This document shows positions 13,363-26,595 of a stretch of DNA of 64,000 nt, one piece after another. Position numbers and translations under genes: made by a program. The stretch spans positions 41,354,001 through 41,418,000 of the forward strand of contig NC_043001.1 in the NCBI RefSeq assembly GCF_006345805.1, read 5' to 3'. Below the pieces are notes generated by a model. It was not told the origin of the DNA. It saw only the letters and a program-made list of their open reading frames with translations, and made no database searches. How positions within the stretch are numbered: position 1 is the first letter of the stretch; every line of letters starts with the position of its first letter. The DNA comes from Octopus sinensis. Its lineage: Eukaryota.

Positions 13363-13647
13363 CTGTTGTCCACACCCACTTGCCTTCATGAAGTAAATCA
13401 TTGGCACCAGTCCAGACACCATTTCTGTTCCAGCCTAGTTCTTTAGAATTGAGAACACTCTTGAGAAATTCCATAGTTTCCATATCATGGATATGCACAA
13501 GTTCACCACCTAGCCACCAACAATAATCGCGGGCTTTGGTCCAGTATTTTTCTTGATTTATAAATACATAGCAACTGTCCCGAAATGTTGCCAAATAGTG
13601 TCGAGTATTGATCACAGGTTCAGGACATCGGCTTGTATCACTTTCAG
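13363..13647 (-). CDS. Internal exon encoding the N-terminal half of a C-type lectin domain
   Basis: Acceptor ccttttttaccttctttttcag|, donor ACAG|gtaaat, 285 nt, phase 1-1. Reads ESDTSRCPEPVINTRHYLATFRDSCYVFINQEKYWTKARDYCWWLGGELVHIHDMETMEFLKSVLNSKELGWNRNGVWTGANDLLHEGKWVWTTG, with the CY, W..A..C and WxG...EG.W.W motifs. Confidence 0.9.
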
Positions 13648-15309
13648 CTGAAAAAGAAGGTAAAAAAGGCTATCAGCATCAGTATCACAAAAGGAAAAAC
13701 GACAATGAAAAATTTTCAACGAATTTCAATAGATACTGAAAAGATAGGTATTAAGATAATTAATTTTAAATGTTTGGAATATCCATTAAGGATATCTTAA
13801 GCTATTGTCAAAAACAGAAGCCGTGTGCTTTTAATATTGAGAGTGATAAATTTCTGTCAGTAAGTAAAACGTGGCACTATAATCTCAATTGGTCATAAAA
13901 ATACATTTGTGTTCAATCTTATCAATTTTGTAGACGTTTGTAATCTACTTTGCAACTATTCTATATTGGTAACGTCTGCATTTGCAGATAGGATAAAATT
14001 CGACATACAAATATTAAGCAAAGACTTAAAATTTTTTCTTATAAAGCAAGCTCATCGTCTTTTCAGATTCACAAGCAATCTGTATTGGTTAGTAATTGCT
14101 GAATAAGTAAATTAGTAAGTAGGGATTGCTAGAATGCCTGCCATAAATTATTACAAATAATCATTAAATTCCTCTTTGCAAAGGTGAAATAAAATATCCT
14201 ACAGAAGCTTACAATCATTAGACAATATCAGAAATAGCTAAAATTTATTAATGAATTGATAAAAGACAATGTTAACTGAAATAAAACAGCAGTGCAGATC
14301 CTCATATAATCAATGCCAGCGTGATAAAAGATATAAAAATCTTATAAATGACAACGTAAAGATTTGCGATGCTTTAAAAGAAAAGTTCACAATGTGAATT
14401 ATTGTTTGAACTCATAGCATCTAAAGTGATCTAAATTAAAAAACGTGCTTGAAAAAACGAAATTATATTACTATAATTGCCCTTTAAAAATTAATTTCTT
14501 TCTCTCAAAGAGCCTATTGTTTCTAGTTATAACATCGTTAAGTACACCCCAAACTACACACACAAGGGAGAACTTATTTCTTTAGCTTTTTCATTTTTTG
14601 CTTCAAAATTATTGAGAATCTATATATTGATCACAATCTGACAGATTTAATTTATTTTTAAGAGTTTCCCTTGAATATCAAATATGTGTTTTGATAAAAA
14701 CCTTAAGGTAAGACTTTTGTTCCGTAAATAAAATTGTTACATTTAATTTAAGTTTCTAGTGTTTAAGTCAATAATAAAATCTTCTGACATGAGAATTCCA
14801 TTCACTTTCCTTCTTTATGAACCTTAACAAAGACAGGATATTCCAATAATTTAATAAAAGAATTCAAAGTTAGTACTACTTGAAAAGCTAGGGATAAAAT
14901 AATTAATTACTTATTTTGAAGACTGGTCAGATGCTTGTGGTGAAGCACCAAACTAGAATAAAAGACTAATTGAAAAGCAGACTTATATTTGGTATGTTAA
15001 TTTACTGAACCACTCTAAATAGCTGAACCGATTACCCTAGGATGGTATCAGATCAGAATGCACTGGAAATACCCAACAGCAATTCAGTATGTCTGTCTGT
15101 CTCACTCACTCACAGTGACACACACACACCACATCTATGAACAATCAAGTTACAGTATTTTCCCCATTCAACTTCTGACTTCCAGTCTCACATCCAAAGG
15201 AATATTTTTGTGCTCTCACAAAACAGCTCTTTCTTTGTACTATTTTTTTTATTATGTATAATTTTGTGGATATTTGTTGATCACTACTGTTGGATTTACC
15301 TACAGTTCG

Positions 15310-15950
15310 AAATGTCTGGAAAGAAGCCATTAAGTGGAACTAAAAGCAGTAGTGCAACAACAAACTGTAAAGAGATTAGATTGGGCATTAAACCTGATAT
15401 TTTAAAAAGGGTGATGTGAGAGGAAAAAAAAGAACACATTACATGGCAGTAGAGAAAAAAACTAGCTCTAACTTTTCAGACCTTATTCTTCCATTCATCA
15501 AATATGTTTAAAATGGAACAGCTCCTGAGTGTATGGATCAAGAATCAGACTCAACATAAATGCTTGTATGACAATTTGCAGGAAAAGGCAAATGAAGTTT
15601 CAAGGAAAAACTTTTTCTGGCTAGTAAAGGCTGATTTGAAAGGCTTAAAGAACACTTGATCTTGCACAACATAAAAAGTAACTGTGAAGCTGTTGGTACA
15701 GGTACAGAAGCTGCTACTAATTATCTGAGCAACTGAAGTAAATAATAGCTGAAGTGGGTTATACATGAGAGCAAGTATGCAATGTTGATAAAAGTGCGCT
15801 TTTCTAGAAGTGCATGCCTGCTAGAACATTTATTCTTCAAGAAGAAAAATCAATATCAGGATTTAAAGCTTCCAAAATTAATCTGTTGCTTCTTCTGGAA
15901 AGTGGTGATATGAAAATTATGAGAGGCCCTAGTCATGTATCACTCTTAAA
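15310..15950 (+). mobile_element. Tigger/pogo transposase remnant
   Basis: MEQLLSVWIKNQTQ (15513), F.ASKG.FERLK-like segment, MPARTFILQEEKSISGFKASK (15814); many stops and frameshifts. Confidence 0.8.
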
Positions 15951-16044
15951 ATTTAAGAGCTTGCAATGGTTACGCAAAGTTTAATCTACTTCTGACTGGG
16001 CATTCAAATAAAAAAGCATGAATGATCGATCGAATTTCCTACCA

Positions 16045-16305
16045 GAGAAAGATATGCATGTGTGTGTGTGTATATTTGTGTTCCGTTGTCTTGACTTTGC
16101 ATGATGGTTGTAAAATGACTGTCACTCTCATATAGGCAGTGGCATTCATTTCCAATATTGTGCAAGAGCATATTTGGTAATAGGGAAACATCACATTGCT
16201 TGGAAGCAGGTGAGGTTGGTGACAAGAAGGGCATATGGCTATAGAAAATCTGCCTCAATAAACTCTGTCTGACCCATGCAAGCATGGAAAAGTTGATGAG
16301 AAAAT
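16045..16305 (+). mobile_element. SINE family A 3' half with RTE-type tail
   Basis: gtcttgac...gacaagaagggcatatggctatagaaaatctgcctcaat...cccatgcaagcatggaaaag. Confidence 0.65.
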
Positions 16306-17407
16306 GGTTGTTGCTGGTTTACTGTCTACAATACCAAGGATTCAGTCAATGCTATACACCATCTTCCTAAGGAAAATACCACTCAAAGAATTAAGCCACT
16401 ATGATAAACACTGCTCAGTGGTTTTTCTCTTTGTAGTTTTAAAATATGGAATTAACAAATTCCAATTAAATAGAGCATACATGAAAACAAAAAAAGTGTC
16501 ACTGACATTGAGTAGGTTTGATAAAAATCTATAATTTTCTTTTCTCTTCTCAATGTACATAAACTTACATTTTGTGAACGTTATCAATATTATCTGCTGA
16601 AATGTTAGTTTGCTTTTGGAATTATAATACTTCAATTGTTATTCAGATACACTAATAAAGTGGACTAGCAACCACAATATTTAGGCATTCAGCAGCATAC
16701 TCAACTTAATTGCATTTACCAAGCATATTATGAATATAAGCTTCAGTGGGGCACAAAAACTTTTGGCCAAGCTATTTACTATTTGAAATAACTTTGCCAA
16801 TAACTCATGCATTTTATTTTCTTTTTATTCCCACCAGTTTTGAAAAGATGGGTTGCAGCAATTTCACTTCCTTTATATTAATGCTTTTGCAAAACTAATA
16901 AACAATAACTCCCAATTCATCAAATAAACACCCATTAATGAATTACTGATTATAATCAACACTATTTTATTTTGCCCATTTGTTAAATAATTCATTTAAA
17001 ATTTTTCAAAATATCTCTTCCCTTAAAATAAAGGTTATATATATAATTTTGTATCACTTTGATAACATTGTGCAAACATATTCTTTCAGAAATATTAAAA
17101 TCAATTTTAATGATATGATATATATATATATATTATATATATGTATATATATGTATATATATGCAATAGAAATAACTGTTGGCTTTATTAGGTGAAATCT
17201 ATAATAAAGACGTCATTTTCACAATACATATTTTTGTAGTCAAATACTCTGAATTTCTGGAAATTCTACCAAAGGATATTTGGATTTACTTGTCATGTAT
17301 GAGGATTTATGTGAGATCTGTATTCTACTTATATTTACTGCTGTCTAATTGTTGAATATTGTTAACCAAATTCTTGATATATGCCAGGATTTTTTAATCT
17401 CTACTTT

Positions 17408-17454
<47 letters not shown>

Positions 17455-18786
17455 GAACTTATTGGTTACAGTACTCAGGTGCACTACATGCATGCATTTA
17501 TGTATGTATATGGCAGTGTTCAGTCAGTGATAAGTAAAAAGTTTAAAATTAGAATAGAATCTATGAGAATCTTTAAAAGTTTGATAAAAGCCAGAGATTC
17601 CCAATTTTTTCAAAGAAAGGGGCACATAGAAATATTGAGGGTTTCAGAGAACCAGATTTAAAAAAAAAACAGAAAAAAGTCTCATAATTTATTGTTGATT
17701 TCACCATTATTTCTCATATCCTATAGTTTTCTCAGATAGCATTATCTAATATCTCAGGAATTTGCTATCTGAACAAAACAATCAATAGCTTCTGTAAATA
17801 TGTTATTTCTATTTTTAAAAAGTAACTTTTTCAGCCATGTTCCATTGAAAGTATATTCATTTTAATTACATGTCACAGAGAGCAATATCTATTAGTTATG
17901 CAGAGATGCAGAGAAGATAAAAATTTCTTATATCAGCTATTTTGGGTAGAAGAGTAGTGACATGTCAACTTACGCAATACCATACTTCACATATTGAGAA
18001 GTATCATTTAAATGAAAATAAACAACAAAATAATTTTTATTTTCTTGTTATTGGAAAAAGTAAGACTAAGTTTATAATATTTAATAAAATTTCTGCAGGC
18101 TAGAAAGCCTATGGCAAGACTGTATCTATAAACTATTAAAATATTTAATAGCTTAAATTCAATTTTAAAAAAAAGTGTTGATAAATAAACAGAATAGATA
18201 TGATGAAATACATACAATAACCAGCATTTGTATCTTTTTTCTTTTTTTAATAACCATCATTGCTATGAGCATATTACTTTGCAGTTGCAAAGATTATGCA
18301 ATTTTTTCCTATTGAATTTAAGGAAACAACTTGCAGAAAGCTTGTTTAATAGACTGTAGATTTTGGTGCAAAGAGTATGTTATATGTAGTAGAATTTTAA
18401 TAATCTGGTGTCCTCTATGGCACCAACCACATTCAATGTGTCTGGGATACGAAGTCAAACTTAAATATATCAACACACTTTAGATAAGACAAAACTAAAT
18501 ACAATCATTGAATGATGTAAAAAAAAAAAACTATTAAAACAATATTTTCATATTGAAATTAAAAACCTAAACACTGTCCCACTGAGGGTAAATAGACACC
18601 TTTCCAAACTTCTTCACACAACTCTGAAAGAAAACTGTATTCAAAAAGACATATGCCACAAAATAAGATGTATTTTAAATAATGCCCCTAGAAGATATCG
18701 CCTGTTAAAAAGATCAAAATAAATTCTATACATTTACTCACTATCTTCTTACACAGATTAACAATAGAAAAGAAAATTTAATAGAC

Positions 18787-19135
18787 AGGCAAGGCTGTGT
18801 GGTAAGAAGCTTGCTTCCCAACCACATGGTTCTGGGTTCAGTCAAACTACATGGCACCTTGGGCCAACCAAAACCTTCTGAGAGGATGTGGCAGATGGAA
18901 ACTGAAAGAAGCCTGTTGTATATACGTGTGTGTGTGTGTATTTGTTTCCACACTACTGCTTGACAACTGGTGTTTGTGTGTTTATGTCCCCAATAACTTA
19001 GCTGTTCAACAACAGAGACTGTTAGAATAAATACCAGCTTTAAACAAAATGTACTGGGGTTGATTCATTCAACTAAAAGTTCTTCAAGGCAGTGCCCCAG
19101 CATGGCAGCAGTCTAATGACTGAAACATGTAAAAT
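18787..19135 (+). mobile_element. tRNA-headed SINE family A, CAGCATGGC..AGTCTAATGACTGAAAC tail
   Basis: Head ggctgtgtggtaagaagcttgcttccc and full body. Confidence 0.85.
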
Positions 19136-21737
19136 ACAGAATGAAGTAGCATTACAATAATCTACCATGACATATTGAAATGTAAGATGTCATAATCTGA
19201 AAGTCAAGAATAATAATGTTGCCATTTAAAATTGATTGAAAAGAAAATTATTGAAACACTGGCTTGCACAAGCACATGTAAGTACACAAATGTTGGTTTT
19301 TGATATATCTCAAATTGAAGGTATATGATCAAGATAAATATAGCAGACAGACTTGTCTAATAATGAATATTTGTATCTAAAATAGCAATGCTATTTTGGC
19401 ACTAAGTGTAAGTTATATTAATTTATGTTTTGATAGAAATTATTACTTTTTTACATTATATGATAATTGGTAATAAGCATGGTGTATCTAAGTGAAAGAA
19501 CAGGACAGCCATATTATTCAAGCTAAATTGAAAGTTTAATAAGCAAACAATATTTAATACATAAAGGAATAATGAAAGTATTTGGACAAAAAAATAAATA
19601 AAAAAAGCCCATGGTGATGACTGCTAGCATCTGAATACCAGGAGTATTTCAGATGCTAACTTCATCGAGAGTAAAGTGGTAATATGTATTTGGCAATAGG
19701 AACCTTTTAAGAAGATCTATGTGATTTTTCTACCATCACCATTAAAAATGTACTATTTCTGATACTTAGCACTTTCCTCTTTATATGGAATATTTTTAGA
19801 GTGTTTATGCTTGAACAATTTTGAAATCAGCACATGACTTTGCTAAAAGTAGACTTTAATATCATTCAATTTGGCTGTTCAATCTTCTTGGTACTGAAAA
19901 TGGATTTTCAACTCCAGCTAATAATAAATAAATAAATAAATAGCAGAGAAATACAATGAAAAAGGAATGCACCTTATGATCCGGCCTTATAAAATGTATG
20001 CAACATGCACAAGTAATTATGAATTAGATTCATTTTCATATTTTTTGTTACTTTTGTTTTTCTTCAAACCTTTGAAATACAATTGATACATTGAAATGAG
20101 GTCAAGCAGATGACACTTGATCTTTTAATTTCCAATACTAAAATAATGGCAGCAACAAAATGTATACACTGCATAGAAGATCAAGAATGTATTATAGTCC
20201 ACTGTTATCAATTCTTCAACAACCAGCAGTAAAAAAAAGAAAAAAAAAAGTCATTAAATTTCAAGTAACGAAATCCATTGACATTATTAACAGAAAATGT
20301 TAATTGTAAAACATTTACTATAATGGAACTAGGATAGTCCTATTTGACAACTACTGCTGCTTCTACTACATCTATCGGTGTTGCTGCAATCTGTATATTG
20401 TGTGAAGGTCAGCAGTTACAAACTGTTATTGCTGTTCTTGTTACAAATCTTCAGTTTCATTTTTCATATATATTTGTATTCTTCTAGAAATCTGTAACCT
20501 GCTTACTATTTAGTTTCAAGACAACCCTGAATAAGTAGGTCTATAGTCAGTGGTACACTAGCCATAACTGTCTCATCTTTATTCAGACATTGTGTATTTA
20601 GGACAATTTAATTCAAAACATTCCTACTTTTTAAGATAGTAGGGTGTGATTTGAGGGAAAATTTGACTGCTATTTCTAAAAAGTTGAACTCTCTAATTAA
20701 ACAAAATATCATGGCACTATCCAAACAGTGACATGTTATTTCTATCCAGTGCTCTGAATGTGAAAGTAAGGAAATTTACCAAACACAGTAAGTAGAAGCA
20801 ACTGGGGAAAAATAAGTAATTTTTGACTTCTCATTTTCTCCCTAGCTGTTTGAAACCATTACAATGCAAGTATTGCACCATCATTTTGTAGTGTTGCCTA
20901 ATCGTTGGCTATATAAATTGGTCAGCATAGCTGTTGTTGAAGCTGAGAGAGTTTGAAACAGTGAGGAGACAGGTACACTTTTCATGTTTAACAATTAAAA
21001 TTCTTTGGGTTTTTTTCTGTTGGGGTCCAAGTCAATTTTCCTCAAATTAATGTCTAATTTGATCATTTTCAATTTTCAAAAAATGATGTCTAAAGTTGGG
21101 ATGAGCAATGACAACATTCAATGATTTTTATCACTTTAACAGCATAGTGCGTAAGAACCATTCCAGTGGATTGTGAAGAAGCTATAGAGAATATTATATA
21201 TTGAGTTTTTAGATTTAGTTGAGTTTTGTTAATTTCATATCATGTGCTATTTTTCCACGATCCTCTTTTCTTTGACATAGGTATTTAAAAAATTTTGTTG
21301 CATTTCTAATCTTTCTGATGTCTGAGGATGGATACTAATGTATATGAGTCTTTTTCCAAATGCAATTCTGGAGAACTAAAGAAGCAAATTTACCTTAATT
21401 TGTTGTATTCATTTTGCTCCAGCTAAATTTGTCTTTTGTGCTCAAAGAGAATGGAGATAATATATTCAGAAACAATGCTCTGAATATGTTATAGTGTTTT
21501 TAATGCATTTAGAGGTCATTTGCTAAGTTGATATAGTTTGTGTAAGATAGTGAACATTTGTAAAACATATACATCATTCTCAAGGTTAAAAACAAAAAAT
21601 TGTAAAAGATATTTTTTTTTCTCAAACTCATTGTGACCACCCTCCCTAGCCTATGGTTTTCTTAATCAGGCATGACCAGGGAGCTTAAGCCCATGGATCA
21701 CTTTCAACCGTACAGATTGATCTAGGAAAGGATGAAC

Positions 21738-22788
21738 GGATCTATTCAGTTTGGCTCACAGATTTTTTTATTAATTTTTTTAAACTAAACAGTCTGAAAC
21801 TTTGTATACTGGTAGAATATCTCAGGCAGAACATGGTTTACTTTGAACATTTTTGACAAAATTTGGTATTTTAGAAGTTACTTCGTGTTGAAGTTGTCAT
21901 ATTTGGGTAATTTTAATCAATCAACAACGTGTATTCAGTTGAAGAAAGCTACTGCTGTTTGCAATAGTAATCAAAGAGGAACAACTTCCAGGTCGTCTCT
22001 ACTAAATGTCACCACTCTGTTCTATTCATATAGCAAGCGAAGACAATGTCACCTTTATCCTTTCTTCCTTTCTCGTCAGCACTGTGCATTCCTTACTCTT
22101 TTCCTCCCTTCTACACTATCAACTAGCAACCAGCGAGTGAACTTATCACTGCCACTACAATTACTATATTTTCCAGTGTATAAGCCACTATTTGTTTTGG
22201 TTTACCTTCATGTTTTGATAATGTTATTTTTAATATCTAATAGAAACTTTTATATTGATGTAATGTGTTTGTTATTGATTATAGTAAGATAAAATCATGA
22301 CAATAACGTTTCATAGTTGTGAAATAAGTCAATTTGAAGCTACATATATGTCAACAACAAAAATGCTAGCAGCGGACTCGTTGCTCAATAGGTCTTTTAA
22401 ACACTGGCATTCTTTATGTTTGGATAAAACACTGATGTCGGGCAAACAAATAAATACATGTAAATAATATTTCTTCCTTCTTGGTGTTAGCTCTTCGATG
22501 TTTAGAAAGAGTGGTGACATTTAGTAGAGATGACCCCAAAATTGTTCCTCTTTGATTACTATGGCAAACAGCTGTAGCTTTCTTCAACTGAATACACATC
22601 ATTGATTGGTTGAAATTATCCAAATACGACAGCTTTAACATGAAATAACTTCTAAAATACCAAATCTTGTCAAAAATGTTCAAAGTAAACTGTGTTCTAC
22701 CTGAAATATTTCATCAGTATATGAAGTTTCAAACTGTTTAGTTAAAAAAAACTAATTAAAAAATCTGTGAGCCAAACTGAACAGATCC
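21738..22788. mobile_element. Non-autonomous DNA transposon with ~280-bp TIRs and 8-bp TSD
   Basis: Termini GGATCTATTCAGTTTGGCTCACAG and CTGTGAGCCAAACTGAACAGATCC; GGATGAAC duplicated at 21730-21737 and 22789-22796. The arms produce the mirror ORFs at 21843+ and 22683-. Confidence 0.9.
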
Positions 22789-22929
22789 GGATGAACTAAT
22801 AATGCCTAAGGCTAATTATTTTACGATGTAATGAGTAAGACATTGAGTCTGTAACCACATTTAGGTATTTTATTGATGCCATTTCACAGTAATCATATTG
22901 TCAAAACTTATTTCTTACAACTTACATCC

Positions 22930-24290
22930 TTCCAGATGACACACCTTGTTCAGCTCATTCTCCAACTGAATTGCCTTATTCGTTTGCTCTCAAAAAGCAG
23001 GATCTCTTCAGAATCTTCCCTTTTGCTAAATGTGACTTCATGACTTTTTCCTTGTCCTCTCTCAAAAATTGTTTCCATCACATTTTCCTAGTGATGAATG
23101 GTACAGTGGAGAACCACTTGTTTTCAGATGAGTTTATTTGTTTTCTTGGTAACTCTTTGTCTTATTCAAGACATTGAGTTAAAGATATAGTTCCATTTAT
23201 ATGTTATATTCTTAATGACCATTTTCTCAATACCTTTAAAAGGTACTACTCTGATTATTCTCAGTTTTACTCCTCTCTCTATACTTTGCAAACTACTAGT
23301 ACAACATTCCACTAATTTAAAAAACATATTAGATATTGTAGCCTGAGAGAAACTACATATGAAAAGATGGAATGGATAGACAGGAATGCCTTTGATGATT
23401 GGTCTGCTTGATTATAGCTGACTTGGTCTTTTAAGAAAATTGAATTGGCCGTCTTCCTTCATATAGCTGTCTTACAATACTTGTAGTATTTTTTTTTTTT
23501 GCGTATCAAGTTAGTTTGATTTTCATACATATTTTAAAATTTCCTGAATATTTTGAATTTGTTGTTAGATCACCAGCATAATGTTGGTACCTGATTTGCC
23601 AGTGATTTGTACATTTTATTTCAGCATTCTCTTTTGAGCTATTTTTCAGAACAAAATCAATAACCCCCCAAAATGAAAAGAATTCCTATTTCAATCTTTT
23701 TTCTACAGAGATCTATTTATTTGCTGAAAACAGTGCATTTTCTAGAATAATGTTGCTAATTATTTTCTGAATAGAGGGGGCATGCTGTAACAATCTAGAA
23801 TTTTCCTTAATCTTGAACAAAAATATTAAAGATCTTTGAAAATCAAAATTTAATATCATTACTATTTTTATATGTTTTTCCAAGGTTATCATTTATGTAA
23901 AGATTTGGTCAAGAATCTAACTTGCTCCTCTCAATATATCTTATTCACTAAAGTGCTTACCTTACCTTAATAAAAAATAATTTTGAATTAAAAATATCAT
24001 TACATACTGCTTTTGTGAAAATACCAACTTGTTGTATAAGACTATTATCGCTTTTGTTCAAAGCTAGTTGTATCACTTTGTATTAGCCACAAAACCACTC
24101 CATACAGGCATTGTAACACAACAATTTCTACTTTCTATATTCATCACCTAACTATCTCATCTTCATTAAATGCTTCCTGCTCAACAAGAACTGCAACCCC
24201 TCTTTCCTATGTTTTTACAGGCATTGATCTACAGATGTTTAAATTCATCATTAACCATATCAATTTTACCTGGCTTGTAAGGGTTGTAGT
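22930..24290 (-). mobile_element. Highly decayed LINE (RTE-like) with APE and RT traces
   Basis: GVAVLV (24181-24200), EEQ.RF...DQIFT...EK...FDFQRSF (about 23830-23930), YAGD at the YADD position (23569-23580). Confidence 0.6.
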
Positions 24291-24485
24291 CTAAGAAGTG
24301 TTTGACATATGGAATAAAAAAAAATCTTTGGCAACCTAAAGAAGATACAGTAGCAGAAACAAGGGCATTTTGTATCATTTTTGGTGACTAAGTTGCAAGG
24401 AGATAAGATAGATGTTTAGGTAAGAATCAAAATCCACAGAAAATTGAACTGTCTGCTACTTAATATCTAATACTACCACCACAAA

Positions 24486-24700
24486 AAGGCAGTGAGCTGA
24501 CAGAATCATTAGCATGCTGGGCAAAATACTTAGTGGCATTTTGCTCAGAGTTCAAATTCTGCCAAATTCTGCCTTTCATTCTTTTGTGATCAATAAAATA
24601 AGTACCAGTTGAGTACTGGAGTGGGTGGGTTTCAATATAAGCAACTTACCCCTTCCCCAAAATTACTGGCCTCGTGCTAAAATTTGAAATCAATATTACT
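24486..24700 (+). mobile_element. tRNA-headed SINE family B
   Basis: aaggcagtgagctgacagaatcattagc...gagttcaaattc...ataagtaccagttgagtactgg...ccttccccaaaatt. Confidence 0.8.
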
Positions 24701-25934
24701 ACCACAATACTAGCCATTCATCGTCAACAATAATAATTGTTTAATATTAATGTACTGGCAGTTCATCATTAATAACAAAAAATGTTTGGATTGAGAAAGA
24801 AAACCAATCAAGACAGGAAGAAAATAAAATGTCAAAGAAAGAATTATATGAGAATGTAGTTGATTCAAATTAGCTTGAATATCCTTGCTGACTTTACACT
24901 GCTTTTTATATCAACTCCCAGGTAATATTTCAAATCAAAGAATCCTTTGACAAATGAAGTTGTCACTGTCTAAGAATAATTCAACAAATGCAAGAATAAC
25001 AAGCAAGGAGCGAAAATTTAATTAGTAACTAATTTAACAACAAACCTAAATCACTAATCCATTAGGATGTTTGTTAGCTACAAATCACAAAGTTAATTTA
25101 AAGTTCACTTTCAGACATTGACAGAAAACAGACAACCCATTGATAGTACCAATATCACAACTCTATCTTGCATTTAAATTCCTTATTTTATCTCTTACAG
25201 AGATTTATATTAAATCTAAGTACTAGGCATTGTATCAAACTCTTCTCTGGAGTCTTAAATCTATTTGATGAAGTCTAATTTGTTCAAATGTTTTTTTGTT
25301 TTTTTTTTGAAAATTCTATTAGCCACATAGCTTCTATCACTTTTAGATTATTTTCAGAAGTCATTTATATTCTAGAATGTGTAGAAGTATTTATTAGTTG
25401 TGTTATGTTATATATAGCATTTTGGTAGGGATGTAAGCTTTGGTATATAGAATTTATTTAATGCATATTTTTGTATGGGAGCAAGGGGATAACAGGTAAA
25501 ATACATGAAAACCTTTCAGCTATGCCAATACATCTTATGTACATGATAAACAACTTACTTCAATGTATCTTTCTTACACAGACATGAAAGCCTCTGTTAG
25601 GGTTGATGATATACTTGCAACCTGAAAAGCTTCTTTCCAAACTGCCTGCCTGGGCAAAGTTTATGTAAGATCAGCAGTTACCTAGGCAGAATGTCTCCTC
25701 TCCTCGCACTACCAGTATTGTCCAAACAAGAAACAAGGTTGATACAGCTTTGTGTCAGTGTCATCACAGAAACTGCTATTAGAATATAAAACCTAGAATA
25801 GATGCAAGGCATCACATCTGACCAGAACTATGGAGTTGGTGTGCAAAATCTATGACTAATGCAACAAGTTACAGTACTACAAACTCTGACTCCTATAACT
25901 GTAATTAGACTATTAATATACATTTCTGAAGGTA

Positions 25935-26080
25935 CAGGCATTACTGTGGTCAAGAAATTCACTTTCCGACCATGTGGGTTAATTTCTACTGTATAACACT
26001 TGCTATAGCACTGGGTTGATTAATGCCTTATGAGTGAAATTTGGTAAATGAGAAGAGTATGGAAGTTAGTTTCATGTGCA
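25935..26080 (+). mobile_element. SINE family A, degenerate
   Basis: actgtggtcaagaaattcactttccgaccatgtggg...atgagtgaaatttggtaa. Confidence 0.55.
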
Positions 26081-26204
26081 TATACACAAGTTTCTACATT
26101 CTATATCCAGACTGTTTGCCTCTACATGTTACACAAACAAAAAGCTCAGCAGTTTGATGAGTTAAGAAGTGAAGTAAAATACCTTACTTGATAACAAGCA
26201 AGGG

Positions 26205-26522
26205 GTTGGTGTCCAGAATAGCATCATTCGAGCGTGACCGATGCCAGTGCCACCTGACTGGCACCCGTGCTAGTAGCATATAAAAAGCACCATTCGAGCG
26301 TGGCCAATGCCAGTGCCAGCTAATTGGCTCTTCAGCCGGTGGCATGTAAAAAGCAATCACTACACTCTCAGGCTGGTTGGCATTAGGAAGAGCCATCCAG
26401 CTGTAGAAACCTTGCAGATTAGATTGGAGCCTGGTGCAGCTTCCCAACTTGCCAGTTCTCAGTCAAACCGTCCAACCCATGCCAGCATAGAAAGAGGATA
26501 TTAAATGGCGATGATGATGATG
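26205..26522 (+). mobile_element. Headless RTE-tail repeat (family D)
   Basis: TAAAAAGCACCATTCGAGCGTG units, core and (GAT)n tail. Confidence 0.8.
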
Positions 26523-26532
26523 ACATCCTTAA

Positions 26533-26595
26533 CCCTTTTGCATTCAGATTACTCTGTCATTTGGGCTGGATATGGCTGGTTTAAATGCTAAAGGG
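26533..26595. mobile_element. 63-bp piggyBac-type mini-MITE
   Basis: TTAA|CCCTTTTGCATT...AATGCTAAAGGG|TTAA. Confidence 0.7.

Noticed and set aside
13650-13720. Hydrophobic frame FFIVVFPFVILMLIAFF just upstream of the lectin exon
   Set aside because: It is out of frame and ends in a stop; it is explained by the T-rich polypyrimidine tract.
20905-20980. TATATAAA box followed by a CAG|GTACAC donor on the plus strand
   Set aside because: Such motifs are common in AT-rich DNA and no downstream plus-strand exon was found.
24930-24970. SDNFICQRIL* after an acceptor, resembling a CTLD C-terminus
   Set aside because: It lies upstream of the first-half exon, is too short, and has no WND motif.
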